Assembly (NCBI GenBank): GCA_963725665.1
Contig: CAVRZA010000011.1
Location: 416,001-480,000 of the forward strand
DNA from: an uncultured Actinomycetes bacterium
Lineage (GTDB): Bacteria; Actinomycetota; Thermoleophilia; UBA2241
DNA: 64,000 nt
Reading direction: 5' to 3'
The notes beneath the pieces were generated by a model, which made no database searches, had not been told where the DNA came from, and was given only the letters and a program-made list of their open reading frames with translations. The translations under genes and the position numbers were made by a program. Below are positions 41,166 through 50,309 of the stretch, piece after piece (the first letter of the stretch is position 1; the number at the start of each line of letters is the position of its first letter).

Positions 41166-41195
41166 GCCGTTCGGTTCACGCGACCCACCTACGAC

Positions 41196-41720
41196 TCACC
41201 TCCCTGACGTCAGCATCCAAGGCGCGAAGAACTGGACAACGAACGCCACGATGAGCAGCCGAGACGCGGCTACGGCCGAGGCGAGGCGGCGGTCACTGCC
41301 AGCCGCCGCCCGCACCAAGGCGACGGCCGCGAGAGGATAGACGAGCGCAGCCGCGACCAGGACCGGGACGGCGAACTTGGGCATCAGCTCGGTGAGGCCG
41401 GTGCGGAACACCTGGCGCAGGATGACGAGTGCCCCGGCGACGAGCAGCGCGAGCCCGACGCCGCGCAGCAGGCGCGACACCCGCCGCATCGCGAACAGGC
41501 CGCACACGAGCAAAGCCACTGGTAGTGCGAAGAGCACCGCGATGCCAATGGCGTACTCCCACAGCGCCGTCTCCGACCCGGCAGCCCCGCCGGTGGGCTC
41601 TGCGGCCGCGACCGCTGCGGCGACGAGAGACGCCGCGGCCAACCCCGCAAGCGACGCCGCTACACGTCGCGGCCGGGAGCCGCCCTGACGAATCGCCCCG
41701 CTGCTCATCCTGCCGTCCAA
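41196..41720 (-). CDS. Hypothetical multi-pass membrane cassette protein
   Basis: AAGGAG RBS before TTG 41720; about five hydrophobic segments; bounded by the attI-like site and attC1. Confidence 0.6.
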   Translation of the reverse strand: MDGRMSSGAIRQGGSRPRRVAASLAGLAAASLVAAAVAAAEPTGGAAGSETALWEYAIGIAVLFALPVALLVCGLFAMRRVSRLLRGVGLALLVAGALVILRQVFRTGLTELMPKFAVPVLVAAALVYPLAAVALVRAAAGSDRRLASAVAASRLLIVAFVVQFFAPWMLTSGR

Positions 41721-41757
41721 CCGCGCTCCTTCGCCTAGCGGATGCGCTCGCCAGTGC

Positions 41758-41862
41758 GCCCAACAAGGATTAGACAGTCTGCAGATGATGTTCGGCACAG
41801 ACTGTCCTTTTCTGCAGAAGACCCTAGCACCAGCCTAGACGGGTGTCATGGGCAGTCTGTGA
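41758..41862 (-). mobile_element. attI-like site at the head of the array
   Basis: TGTCTAA-tcctt-GTTGGGC core with no attC-type partner arm; upstream repeats CAGACTG (x3) and TCTGCAGA (x2). Confidence 0.5.
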
Positions 41863-41864
41863 GA

Positions 41865-41904
41865 GACGGGCGGGGAAGGCCCTCCGGCCTTCCCCGCCCG
41901 TCTT
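41865..41904 (-). terminator. Hairpin terminator downstream of trpB2
   Basis: GACGGGCGGGGAAGGC-ctccg-GCCTTCCCCGCCCGTC, 16-bp stem. Confidence 0.75.
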
Positions 41905-41996
41905 CGTCCGGCGGCGAGCTGAACGAGCCGCCGCCCTGGGTCGTCTCGACTGCGCAACGGTCAGAGCGGCCGCTGCGCGCGCGGTCTGTCCGGCCC

Positions 41997-43355
41997 TTAC
42001 ACCTGCGGCACGTGCTCGAGCGCCTCCTTGATCGACGCGCCGGGGTGCTCGTAGTCCTCGAGACTGCCGTCGAGGTAGGACTCGTAGGCGCCGAGGTCGA
42101 GGAGGCCGTGCCCGGTCAGGTTGAAGAGGATGGTCTTGGCCTCGCCCTTGGCCGCCGCCTCCTTGGCCTCATCGACGGCCACCAGGATGGCGTGCGCCGA
42201 TTCCGGCGCCGGCACGATGCTCTCGGACTGTACGAAGAGCCGCGCCGCCTCGAAGACCCTGCTCTGAGGCACGGCGACCGCCTCCATCAGGCCAAGATGG
42301 TAGGCGTGGCTGATGAGCGGCGCCATGCCGTGGTAGCGCAGGCCGCCGGCGTGGATGCCGGCCGGCACGAAGTCGTGCCCCAACGTGTACATCTTGAGCA
42401 GCGGCGTCATCTGCGCCGTGTCGCCGAAGTCGTAGTCGAAGACGCCCTTCGTGAGCGACGGACAGGCCGTCGGCTCGACGCCAACGAAGCGCGTCTTGGT
42501 CTTGCCTGCGAGCTTCTCGCGCATGAAGGGAAAGGCGATGCCGGCGAAGCTCGAGCCGCCGCCGACGCAGCCGATGACCACGTCGGGGTAGGCGTCGGCG
42601 AGAGCGACCTGCTCGAGGGCCTCCTCGCCGATCACGGTCTGGTGCAGCAGCACGTGGTTCAACACGCTGCCGAGCGAGTACTTCGACCCCGGGTGCGTCA
42701 CGACGTCCTCGAGCGCCTCGGAGATGGCGATGCCGAGACTGCCGGCCGAGTCGGGGTGCTCCTCGAGGACCTTGCGACCGAACTCGGTGTGCTCGGTCGG
42801 GCTCGGGTAGATCTCGGCGCCGTAGAGCTGCATCATCACGCGGCGGTAGGGCTTCTGGGCGTAGCTCACCTTGACCATGTACACGGTGAGATCGATGCCG
42901 AAGATGTCGCAGGCCATCGCCAGGGCGCTGCCCCACTGGCCGGCGCCGGTCTCGGTGGCGATGCGCCCGACGCCGTCCTCCCTGTTGTAGTAGGCCTGCG
43001 CCACCGCGGTGTTCGACTTGTGCGAGCCCGACGGGCTCACGCCCTCGTACTTGTAGAAGATGCGCACGTTGTCGGGCAGGCCGAGCTTGCGCTCGAGGTG
43101 GGCGGCGCGGATCAGCGGCGTCGGTCTCCAGATGCCGTAGATGTCACGGACCTCGTCGGGGATGTCGATGAAGCGCTCCATCGACGCTTCCTGCATGATG
43201 AGGCCCATGGGGAATATCGGCGCCAGGTCGTCGGGGCCCGCCGGCTGCTTGGTCCCGGGGTGCAGCGGAGGCGCGGGCGCCTCGGGAAAGTCGGGCGCGA
43301 TGTTGTACCAGCGCCGGGGGATCCTCTCTTCGTCCAACGTGTACTTCTTCGTCAT
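41997..43355 (-). CDS. trpB2: Stand-alone tryptophan synthase beta chain, type 2
   Basis: [51 protein letters not shown]; GGAGG RBS. Confidence 0.94.
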   Translation of the reverse strand: MTKKYTLDEERIPRRWYNIAPDFPEAPAPPLHPGTKQPAGPDDLAPIFPMGLIMQEASMERFIDIPDEVRDIYGIWRPTPLIRAAHLERKLGLPDNVRIFYKYEGVSPSGSHKSNTAVAQAYYNREDGVGRIATETGAGQWGSALAMACDIFGIDLTVYMVKVSYAQKPYRRVMMQLYGAEIYPSPTEHTEFGRKVLEEHPDSAGSLGIAISEALEDVVTHPGSKYSLGSVLNHVLLHQTVIGEEALEQVALADAYPDVVIGCVGGGSSFAGIAFPFMREKLAGKTKTRFVGVEPTACPSLTKGVFDYDFGDTAQMTPLLKMYTLGHDFVPAGIHAGGLRYHGMAPLISHAYHLGLMEAVAVPQSRVFEAARLFVQSESIVPAPESAHAILVAVDEAKEAAAKGEAKTILFNLTGHGLLDLGAYESYLDGSLEDYEHPGASIKEALEHVPQV

Positions 43356-43521
43356 GACGCACCTCCTCTCGGATCGGTCACTCTCGTCTGGTCTGGTCGT
43401 CTCTCGGTCGGGGCGCCGCAACCGCGGCATCGCGCTGTTGGCGGGCGAGGCATTGGGCTTGAGGTCCGGGACTGATAAGCGACGTCACGCGTCGCGTGAG
43501 GGGTGGTGAGGTATGGGCGCG

Positions 43522-43596
43522 CTAGGCGCGCCAGAGCCAGCGGCGGCCCGAGGCGAAGCGGCCGCCGTGAAGAGCGCTGGTGTCGTCCACCGCCAT
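43522..43596 (-). CDS. Candidate Trp leader peptide MAVDDTSALHGGRFASGRRWLWRA
   Basis: Two TGG codons near the stop; -10 TATGCT at 43610-43615; about 165 nt upstream of trpB2. Confidence 0.6.
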   Translation of the reverse strand: MAVDDTSALHGGRFASGRRWLWRA

Positions 43597-43720
43597 CACA
43601 GTGGCGCGAAGCATACCCCGCCCGGGGAGCGAGCACAACCGTCCGCGTCGCGAGGCGTCTCGCTCGGGGCGGACGAAGGGTACGGCGGCGGTCTCCTGTT
43701 CGGGGATCATGGGCTGCGCC

Positions 43721-45412
43721 TCAGTCGCTTGCCAGCTCAGCAGGAGGCTTGCCGACCGGCACGCGGACACCGTGTCCCGGCTCGATCCTCTCCTGCAGGG
43801 GATACGGCGAACCCGGGTAGCCGAAGAGGAAGCCTTGTCCGTAGGGGATCTCGAGCTGGCGTAGGACCGCAAGCTGCGCCTCGGTCTCGATGCCCTCGGC
43901 GATGAGGGCGATGCCGGCCTCGCTGGCGAAGTCGCGCAGCGTCTTGACCAGCTTCTGCTTGACGTGCGAGTCGTTCACGCCACGGATCAGGCTGATGTCG
44001 AGCTTGATGAAGTCGGGCTCCGCCTCCACCACCGTGCGCAGCCCCGAATACCCCGCCCCGGCGTCGTCGATGGCGATGCGAAAGCCGTGCTGCCTGAGGC
44101 GCGAGACGACGTCGCGGAACTGCTCGAAATCCTCGATGATGCTCTTCTCGGTGATCTCGATGACCGTCTTGGCGCGCAACGGCTCGGGGGTGGCCGCGAC
44201 GAACTCCTCGACGAAGAGGTCGCTCTTGCCGCGCATGAAGAGGCTCACCGGCTCCGTGTTGACGAAGCGCAGCAGCGCTTCGGGCAAGCTCGAACTGCTG
44301 CGTGAGGCCATCAAGCGGCAAAGGAGGTCGAGCTCCTGCACGCGGCCCTGGTCGCGCGCCACCTCGAACAGCATCTCGGGAGCGTGCAGCTCGCTGCTCT
44401 GCGGGCCGCGCGCGAGTACCTCGTAGCCAATGACCGTGTAGTCCTCGAGATCGACGATGGGTTGGTAGACGCAGCTGATCTGCTCCTCGGCCAGCACGCG
44501 GTCGAGCTCGTCGACGAGCAGTGTGTGGCTGGCGCTGCGCTCGTACTGGATGGCCTGCATGGCGTTCTCGATCGACTGCAAAAGAGCCCGTTTGAAGCGC
44601 ACCTTGGGCGACTGCGAGAGCGTGGAGAAGCCCACGTACAGCCTGACCTTCGCCAGCAGCTTCTGCTCGACCTCAGCCTCGAGCTGCTGCACGAGGTTCG
44701 CTTCGAGCCGCTCCTTGATGCGGCGCAGGTTCTCCTCGCTCACGCACTGCTGCTGGCGCGGCGCCGAGAGGACGACCAGGAAGGCGTTCCCGAGGCTCGA
44801 GATGGCGACGAACTCCTCCTCGCGCAGGAGGTTGCCCTTCGACTCCACGAGCTTCTGGCCCACGGTGCGGAAGACCTCGTCGCAGACCTCGAATCCCTGG
44901 ATCTGCTCCAGGCCGTAGACACCATCGAGGCTGATGTACAACAGGCCGAGCTCGGTGCGGTCGAAGAGCTGTCGCTGGATCTCGACCTGCACGTTGGCCA
45001 GCGTGGGCAGGCCGGTGATCTCGTCGTAGTGGACCGAGGCGTCGCGCAGCACGTCGCGCACCGTCTGCACGAGGTGCTCGACGCGGAAGGGCTTGGCGAT
45101 GAACGCCGACGCTCCCGAGCGGCTGGCCTCCATCATCGAGGCGAGCTGTGTCTTGGCGGTGAGGAAGACGACGGGGATGTCCTTGGTGTAGCCGAACTGC
45201 AGCTCGCGGCAGACCTCGTACCCGTCCATCCCCGGCATCATCACGTCGAGGAGGATCAGATGCGGGTGCTCGGTGAAGGCCAGCTCGAGGCCGTGCTCGC
45301 CGCTGTTGGCCGCGAGGACCTCGTAGCCCTGCGCCTCGAGGACGTCGCGGACCATGTTCGTGAGGTCGACGTGATCGTCGATGACGAGGATACGGATCTT
45401 GGTGTCGGCCAT
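43721..45412 (-). CDS. REC + degenerate GGDEF + EAL c-di-GMP phosphodiesterase
   Basis: ILVIDD, LDVMMP; DEITGLP; YQPIV, EVLAR, IEITE, IDDAGAGYS, IAEGIET, QGF. Confidence 0.9.
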   Translation of the reverse strand: MADTKIRILVIDDHVDLTNMVRDVLEAQGYEVLAANSGEHGLELAFTEHPHLILLDVMMPGMDGYEVCRELQFGYTKDIPVVFLTAKTQLASMMEASRSGASAFIAKPFRVEHLVQTVRDVLRDASVHYDEITGLPTLANVQVEIQRQLFDRTELGLLYISLDGVYGLEQIQGFEVCDEVFRTVGQKLVESKGNLLREEEFVAISSLGNAFLVVLSAPRQQQCVSEENLRRIKERLEANLVQQLEAEVEQKLLAKVRLYVGFSTLSQSPKVRFKRALLQSIENAMQAIQYERSASHTLLVDELDRVLAEEQISCVYQPIVDLEDYTVIGYEVLARGPQSSELHAPEMLFEVARDQGRVQELDLLCRLMASRSSSSLPEALLRFVNTEPVSLFMRGKSDLFVEEFVAATPEPLRAKTVIEITEKSIIEDFEQFRDVVSRLRQHGFRIAIDDAGAGYSGLRTVVEAEPDFIKLDISLIRGVNDSHVKQKLVKTLRDFASEAGIALIAEGIETEAQLAVLRQLEIPYGQGFLFGYPGSPYPLQERIEPGHGVRVPVGKPPAELASD

Positions 45413-45440
45413 CGCCAGCGTCCTCCCTTCCGCGTATCCC

Positions 45441-45468
45441 CTATCGGCGGTCGCGCCGCTCGACATGA
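45441..45468 (-). promoter_or_regulatory. sigma28/WhiG-like promoter
   Basis: TCATG-N15-GCCGATAG, 28 nt upstream of the ATG. Confidence 0.5.
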
Positions 45469-45725
45469 ATCGTGCGCAGGTCCAGACGGGGTTCATCGTA
45501 GCGGTCCGTCGTCTGGATTGACAACGTTGCCGGCGCGAGGGGGTGCGGGATGGCGACGGGTGTGGCGCTGCACAGCGACGGGCGTGCGGTGGGCGTGGCG
45601 CCGGCGGAGAGTGCGGCGTGATGACGGTGCTGCAGTGCGGCATAATGGCGGGCGAGGCGGGCAGCACGTTGACGACGAGGTAGGCGGTGCGCCACGCCGC
45701 CAGGGACGCGAGAGGAGAGCCGCCG

Positions 45726-46670
45726 ATGAGCCAGCCACGCGAAGAACCCGAGGTGCCGCGCTTCGCTGGCATCGATACCTTCTTGCGTCTACCGTTCGAC
45801 CCGCAGGTGGGAGCAGCCGACGTCGCGTGCCTCGGTCTGCCCTTCGACGGCAGCGCCACCTACCGTCCCGGCGCCCGTTTCGGCCCCGCCGCCGTGCGCC
45901 GCGCCTCCGCGCGTCTGGCGGCGGCGAGGTATAACGCCGCGCAGCGCGTCGCCGTCTTCGACCGCCTGACGGCGGTCGACGCCGGCGACGCGCCGGTCAT
46001 GCCCAGCAGTGTCGAGCGTACGCTGCCCCTCCTCGAGGAGGCCGTCGCGCGCGTGCACGAGGCGGGGGCCGTGCCGCTCTGCCTGGGAGGCGACCACAGC
46101 GTGACCTTGGCCGAGCTGCGCGCCGCCGCGCAGCGGCACGGGCAGCTCGGCCTCGTGCTCTTCGACGCTCACCCCGAGACGTGGGACGAAGAGTACGGCG
46201 AGCGCTACGGCCACGGCACCTGGCTGGCCCGCGCACTCGAGGAGGAGCTCGTCGACGCGCGTCGCTCAACGCTGCTCGGCTTGCGCGCCGAGCTCGGCCT
46301 CGGCGATCTCGAGGATCTGCGCGAGCGGGGGTTCGCCGTCTACCCGTTCGACGACCTCATGGCGCTGGGCACGGGCGCGGTCGCCGGGGCTGTTGAGCAG
46401 GCGGGGGGCAAGGCATTCCTCTCGTTCGACATCGACTTCGTCGACCCGGCGTTTGCCCCCGGCACCGGCTGCTTTGAGGTGGGCGGCCCGACGTCGGCCC
46501 AGACGCTCGCCCTCGTGCGCGCCTGTCGCGGCCTCGACCTCGTCGGGGCCGACGTCGTCGAGGTGGCGCCCGACCTCGACCCCACGGACCTGACGGCGAC
46601 CCTTGCCGCGACCATCGCCTACGAGATCCTCACCCTGATCGCCGCCGAGCGCCCCGAGCGGGGGGCATAG
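45726..46670 (+). CDS. Agmatinase/guanidinobutyrase-like ureohydrolase
   Basis: RPGARFGP, GGDHS, DAHPE, HGT, SFDIDFVDP..APGTG. Confidence 0.9.
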   Translation: MSQPREEPEVPRFAGIDTFLRLPFDPQVGAADVACLGLPFDGSATYRPGARFGPAAVRRASARLAAARYNAAQRVAVFDRLTAVDAGDAPVMPSSVERTLPLLEEAVARVHEAGAVPLCLGGDHSVTLAELRAAAQRHGQLGLVLFDAHPETWDEEYGERYGHGTWLARALEEELVDARRSTLLGLRAELGLGDLEDLRERGFAVYPFDDLMALGTGAVAGAVEQAGGKAFLSFDIDFVDPAFAPGTGCFEVGGPTSAQTLALVRACRGLDLVGADVVEVAPDLDPTDLTATLAATIAYEILTLIAAERPERGA

Positions 46671-46783
46671 ACCGGGCGCGCGGAGAGGGCCCCGGGCTGG
46701 GGCGAGTAGATGGCTGCGTTGCGCAGCCAGGCTGGTCCCGAGCGGACGGCTCCGGCCGGACAGCGAGCGAGCTGGCGTAGGGT

Positions 46784-47665
46784 CTAGACGATGTCCTGCG
46801 CGCGGCGCCGGCGGTGGTCAAGCACGAACGCGACGACCATGCCCACGACCAGGCCGACCAGGAGGCCGGCGGCGGCGCTGAGCTTGAGGGGCGGCTCCTG
46901 CGCCTGAGAAGGCTGCACGGCAGGGGTCAGCAGCTTCGGCTGCTCGACCCCCTTGACGGTCTGCACCATGAGCTCGTTCAGGCGCTTGTCGCTCAGAAGC
47001 GGCTGACGCTGCGTGGCGGCGGCCTGCGCGATGGCCACGTAGGGCGTGCTGGCGAGGGACTTCTGGGCGTCGGTGCCCGGACCGCGGGCGATGGCGGCGA
47101 GCGCCCTCTGCGCCGCGGCCGACCGGGCGTCGAGCGTCGCCAGCTCGGCGTCATCCCGCTTGATCTGCTCCTGTAGCAGCGCGAGCTTGTCTTTGGCGAA
47201 ACCGGAGATGCGCTCGATGAGGATGCCGCCGAGCACGTTGGCCGCCTTGGCTGCCCGGGCGCCCTTGGCGTCGGTCACCGTGATGGTGATGAAGTTCACG
47301 GGGGAGGTCGTGCCCTTCACGGTCAGTGAGGGGGTGTTGACGACCAGGCCGTCGCGCAGGTTGCGCACCGTCTCACCGTCGCCGACCAACCTCGCCGCCT
47401 GCTTGAGGGTCGCCTCGCTAGTGACGATCTGCTGAGCCGCCTTGGGGTTGGAGTTCACTCCCGCGATGGCGTTGCCGTTGGCGTCGGTCGGCTGCCCGAG
47501 GTAGACGGAGCTCTGGGCGCTGTAGGTCTTCTCCTGCAAGAAGGTGATGCCGCCGGCCGCGATCGCGCCCACGGCCGCGCAGGCGATGAGCAGCCACCAG
47601 TAGCGCGCCAGAGTGCGCAGGTACGATTCCACGTCGACTTCCAGCTCGTCCTTGGCCACCGTCAC
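46784..47665 (-). CDS. Wzz-like polysaccharide chain-length determinant
   Basis: YLRTLARYWWL TM, coiled middle region, C-terminal TM. Confidence 0.7.
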   Translation of the reverse strand: MTVAKDELEVDVESYLRTLARYWWLLIACAAVGAIAAGGITFLQEKTYSAQSSVYLGQPTDANGNAIAGVNSNPKAAQQIVTSEATLKQAARLVGDGETVRNLRDGLVVNTPSLTVKGTTSPVNFITITVTDAKGARAAKAANVLGGILIERISGFAKDKLALLQEQIKRDDAELATLDARSAAAQRALAAIARGPGTDAQKSLASTPYVAIAQAAATQRQPLLSDKRLNELMVQTVKGVEQPKLLTPAVQPSQAQEPPLKLSAAAGLLVGLVVGMVVAFVLDHRRRRAQDIV

Positions 47666-48882
47666 CTCGTCTCGCGCGCCTCGTGCCCGTCCGCTTGGGG
47701 GGATCGCAGCGCGGCGCGGATCTCGTCCGCCCGCTCGGGCAGCGACAGTATACAGTCCGCTACTTGCTCGATTTGACGCTCACTCAGGGCACCGTAGATC
47801 GGCAGGGTGAGGACCTCGTCGCAGAGGGCGTCGGTCTCGGGAAGCCGCCGCTCGTAGCCTCGGCCGATGGCGGCGAAGGCCCTCATGCGGTGCGCGGGAG
47901 GCACGTAGTAGGCGCGCGTGGCGACGCCTTCGGCGTCGAGCGCGCGCGCCACCTCGTCGCGGTGCAGGCCGAACTCGGCGGCCCGGATGCGGATCGAGAA
48001 GTCCTTGTAGGAGGAGCGGTCGCCGAGCCTGATGCGCTGCAACGTGATGCCCGGCGCGCTTTCGAGGGCGCGGCGGTAGACGGCCGCCAGGCCGTTGCGC
48101 CGCCGCGCCTCGCCCTCGAGGAGCTCCAAGCTGGCCAGCCCGAACAGGGCGCCCATCTCGGAGAGGCGCGCGTTGAAGCCGGCGAAGGCGGGGTCGTAGT
48201 CGCCGGCGTTGCCGTACTCGCGGCCCGTCCTTAGGTGAGCCGCGAGCTCGTCGTCGCCGGTCGCCACGACCCCGCCTTCGCCCGTGACCAGCAGCTTGGT
48301 CGGCGACGTGCTGAAGATCTGGGCGAGACCGGCGCCGCCGACCGGATGGCCGTCGTGCAGGGCGCCGAAGCCGTGTGCGGCGTCGTAGACGACGGCCACC
48401 CCGCGGCGGCGCCCTATCCTCTCGAGCGCCTCCTGATCGGCGGGTGCGCCGAAGACGTGCACGGGCACGATGAGGCGCGTGCGCTCGTTCAGCCCCTCCT
48501 CGACGCTCTTCGGGTCGAGCGTCCAGGTCTCGGGGTCGATGTCGCAGAAGACCGGCGTCAAGCCGGCCCAGGCGGCTGCCGTGGCCGTCGCCATGAAGGT
48601 GAAGCTGGGCATGATCGCCTCGCCGCCGCGGAAGCGGTCGAAGACGAGCATGAGGCCGGCCGTGCACGACGAGACGGCGACGGCGTGGCGCACGCCCAGG
48701 TGCTCCGCCAGCCGCCGCTCGTACTCCTCGAGCGCCGGCCCCTTGGTGACCATGCCGCTGGCGAAGGCGTCGCGCAGGCCGGGCTCGAGCGCCTCGAGCG
48801 GCGGCAGCGTCGGCCGCAGCAAGCGCAGGCCGTCGGGGAAGGCGGGCAAGCCGCCGAGGATGGCGGGTGTGCGGGGAGTCAT
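47662..48882 (-). CDS. DegT/DnrJ/EryC1/StrS aminotransferase
   Basis: AVSSCTAGL, PSFTF.AT, DAAHGFG, STSPTKLLVTGEGG, LTLPI. Confidence 0.93.
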   Translation of the reverse strand: MTPRTPAILGGLPAFPDGLRLLRPTLPPLEALEPGLRDAFASGMVTKGPALEEYERRLAEHLGVRHAVAVSSCTAGLMLVFDRFRGGEAIMPSFTFMATATAAAWAGLTPVFCDIDPETWTLDPKSVEEGLNERTRLIVPVHVFGAPADQEALERIGRRRGVAVVYDAAHGFGALHDGHPVGGAGLAQIFSTSPTKLLVTGEGGVVATGDDELAAHLRTGREYGNAGDYDPAFAGFNARLSEMGALFGLASLELLEGEARRRNGLAAVYRRALESAPGITLQRIRLGDRSSYKDFSIRIRAAEFGLHRDEVARALDAEGVATRAYYVPPAHRMRAFAAIGRGYERRLPETDALCDEVLTLPIYGALSERQIEQVADCILSLPERADEIRAALRSPQADGHEARETR

Positions 48883-48939
48883 CTGGGACATCCTACCGTA
48901 GTCGGGGATTGCGCAGGAATCGAAACGAACAGGACCGCC

Positions 48940-49121
48940 TGACGCACGACGAGTGTGTTGCGCCCCGGCTTCGCGACCGACAACCCCGCCATGCTGGTTG
49001 CCTTGACGTAGAAGCGATAGCTCCCCTTGGGCAGGCGACAGATGAAGCTCGCCGAGACAACCTTGGCAGAAGAAGCAAGGAAGGTCGCCGTTCGTCGCCT
49101 GTCTTGGACCGAGTGGCGCAC
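48940..49121 (-). pseudogene. Possible remnant of a secreted-protein C-terminal beta domain
   Basis: FICRLPKGSYRFYVKATSMAG...GRNTLVVR with no credible N-terminus. Confidence 0.35.
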
Positions 49122-49214
49122 TCGATGACTTCGCTAACTCGGGCTGGCGCTGAGAGCCGAGGGCGTCTACGGAGCCTGGAAGGGATGCGGTGGGTTGGCC
49201 GGCCCTGTCTGGGC

Positions 49215-50309
49215 TCAATCCGAGGCGACGGCCGTCGGCAGCGGCGCCCGATAGGCCGGGAAGAACCCCGCGCGCGCCACCGGGCCGCGCGCTTCGCGCG
49301 CCGCGGTGGCGCGCGCGTAGGCCTCCTCGTCGTGCACGCGCTTGCCGATGCAGAAGCGTGCCCGCAGCGGCGAGAAGCCGGCCTTGAAGCGGAAGAGGTC
49401 GTCGTTGGCCTCGTACCCGCTGCCGAGGTGCAGGGCGCTGCAGCCCAGGCTGCAGCCCCACTTCATCGCCTCGAAGAAGAGCAGGTTGGTGGGCCGCAGC
49501 TCGAGGTACTCGGGGTCGGCGCCGCCGAGGTGGTAGTGCACGAACTCGGGGGAGCGCAGGAAGAGGCCGGCGGCGATCATCTTCTCGCCGTGGCGCACCG
49601 AGAGGAGGGACTGCATCGGGCCGAGCAGCTCCCGGATGTCTCTGAAGTAGCGCTCGCTGAATGAGTCCTCGAGCCCCCCGCCTCGCCGTTCCGCGGTATG
49701 CCGGTACAGCTCGACGAAGCTCTCGTAGGCGTCCTCGCTGGACTCCTGCTGGAAGGTCAAGTCGCTGCCCAGAGCGCGGCGTACATTGCGTCGCGTCGGC
49801 GGGCTGAGGGTCTTGAAGCGCTCTTCCTGCGAGCAGTCGAGACGACACCAGACGGTGGTGTTGACGGGCGAGCACTCGACGTAGTGCTGCATGGCGAGCT
49901 CGGTGTCGAGCAGTGGATGGAAGCGCACGAACTCGCTCACCACGCGGTTCTTGGCGCACCAGCGGTCGAAGGCGTGACGAAACGTCTCCATGGCATGCTC
50001 GTCGCCGCGTCGCTTGTGGACCAGTGCGCCGCCGTAGCCGAAGGGGGTGGTCACGTCGTGGTAGCCGGCGTACTCCTCGCCCAGGTGGGGGAGCGTGGTG
50101 AGCTCGCGCAGGACGAACGGGTAGAGCACGACGGTCTCGCCGTGTGAGAAGAGGGCGCCCATCGCCGTGCCCTCGCCGAGACGCTGGGAGAGCAGGAGGT
50201 AGGGACTGGTGAAGTAGACGTCGCGCAGGCGTGCGGGTAGTTGCGCGAGCGCCTCGTCCCACCGTGGCGCCGCCTCATCGAGGGCGATCACTTCGAATCC
50301 CACCGTCAC
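49215..50309 (-). CDS. GNAT/FemAB-like acyltransferase
   Basis: PFGYGG, SEFVRFHP, HYHLGG, LHLGSG, LFRFKAGF. Confidence 0.85.
   Translation of the reverse strand: MTVGFEVIALDEAAPRWDEALAQLPARLRDVYFTSPYLLLSQRLGEGTAMGALFSHGETVVLYPFVLRELTTLPHLGEEYAGYHDVTTPFGYGGALVHKRRGDEHAMETFRHAFDRWCAKNRVVSEFVRFHPLLDTELAMQHYVECSPVNTTVWCRLDCSQEERFKTLSPPTRRNVRRALGSDLTFQQESSEDAYESFVELYRHTAERRGGGLEDSFSERYFRDIRELLGPMQSLLSVRHGEKMIAAGLFLRSPEFVHYHLGGADPEYLELRPTNLLFFEAMKWGCSLGCSALHLGSGYEANDDLFRFKAGFSPLRARFCIGKRVHDEEAYARATAAREARGPVARAGFFPAYRAPLPTAVASD

Noticed and set aside
41905-41996. intI remnant between trpB2 and the attI-like site
   Set aside because: Too short, and no tyrosine recombinase motifs are recognisable.
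43356-43720. T-box upstream of trpB2
   Set aside because: No T-box consensus (UGGNACC antiterminator bulge) or terminator seen; the leader-peptide model fits better.
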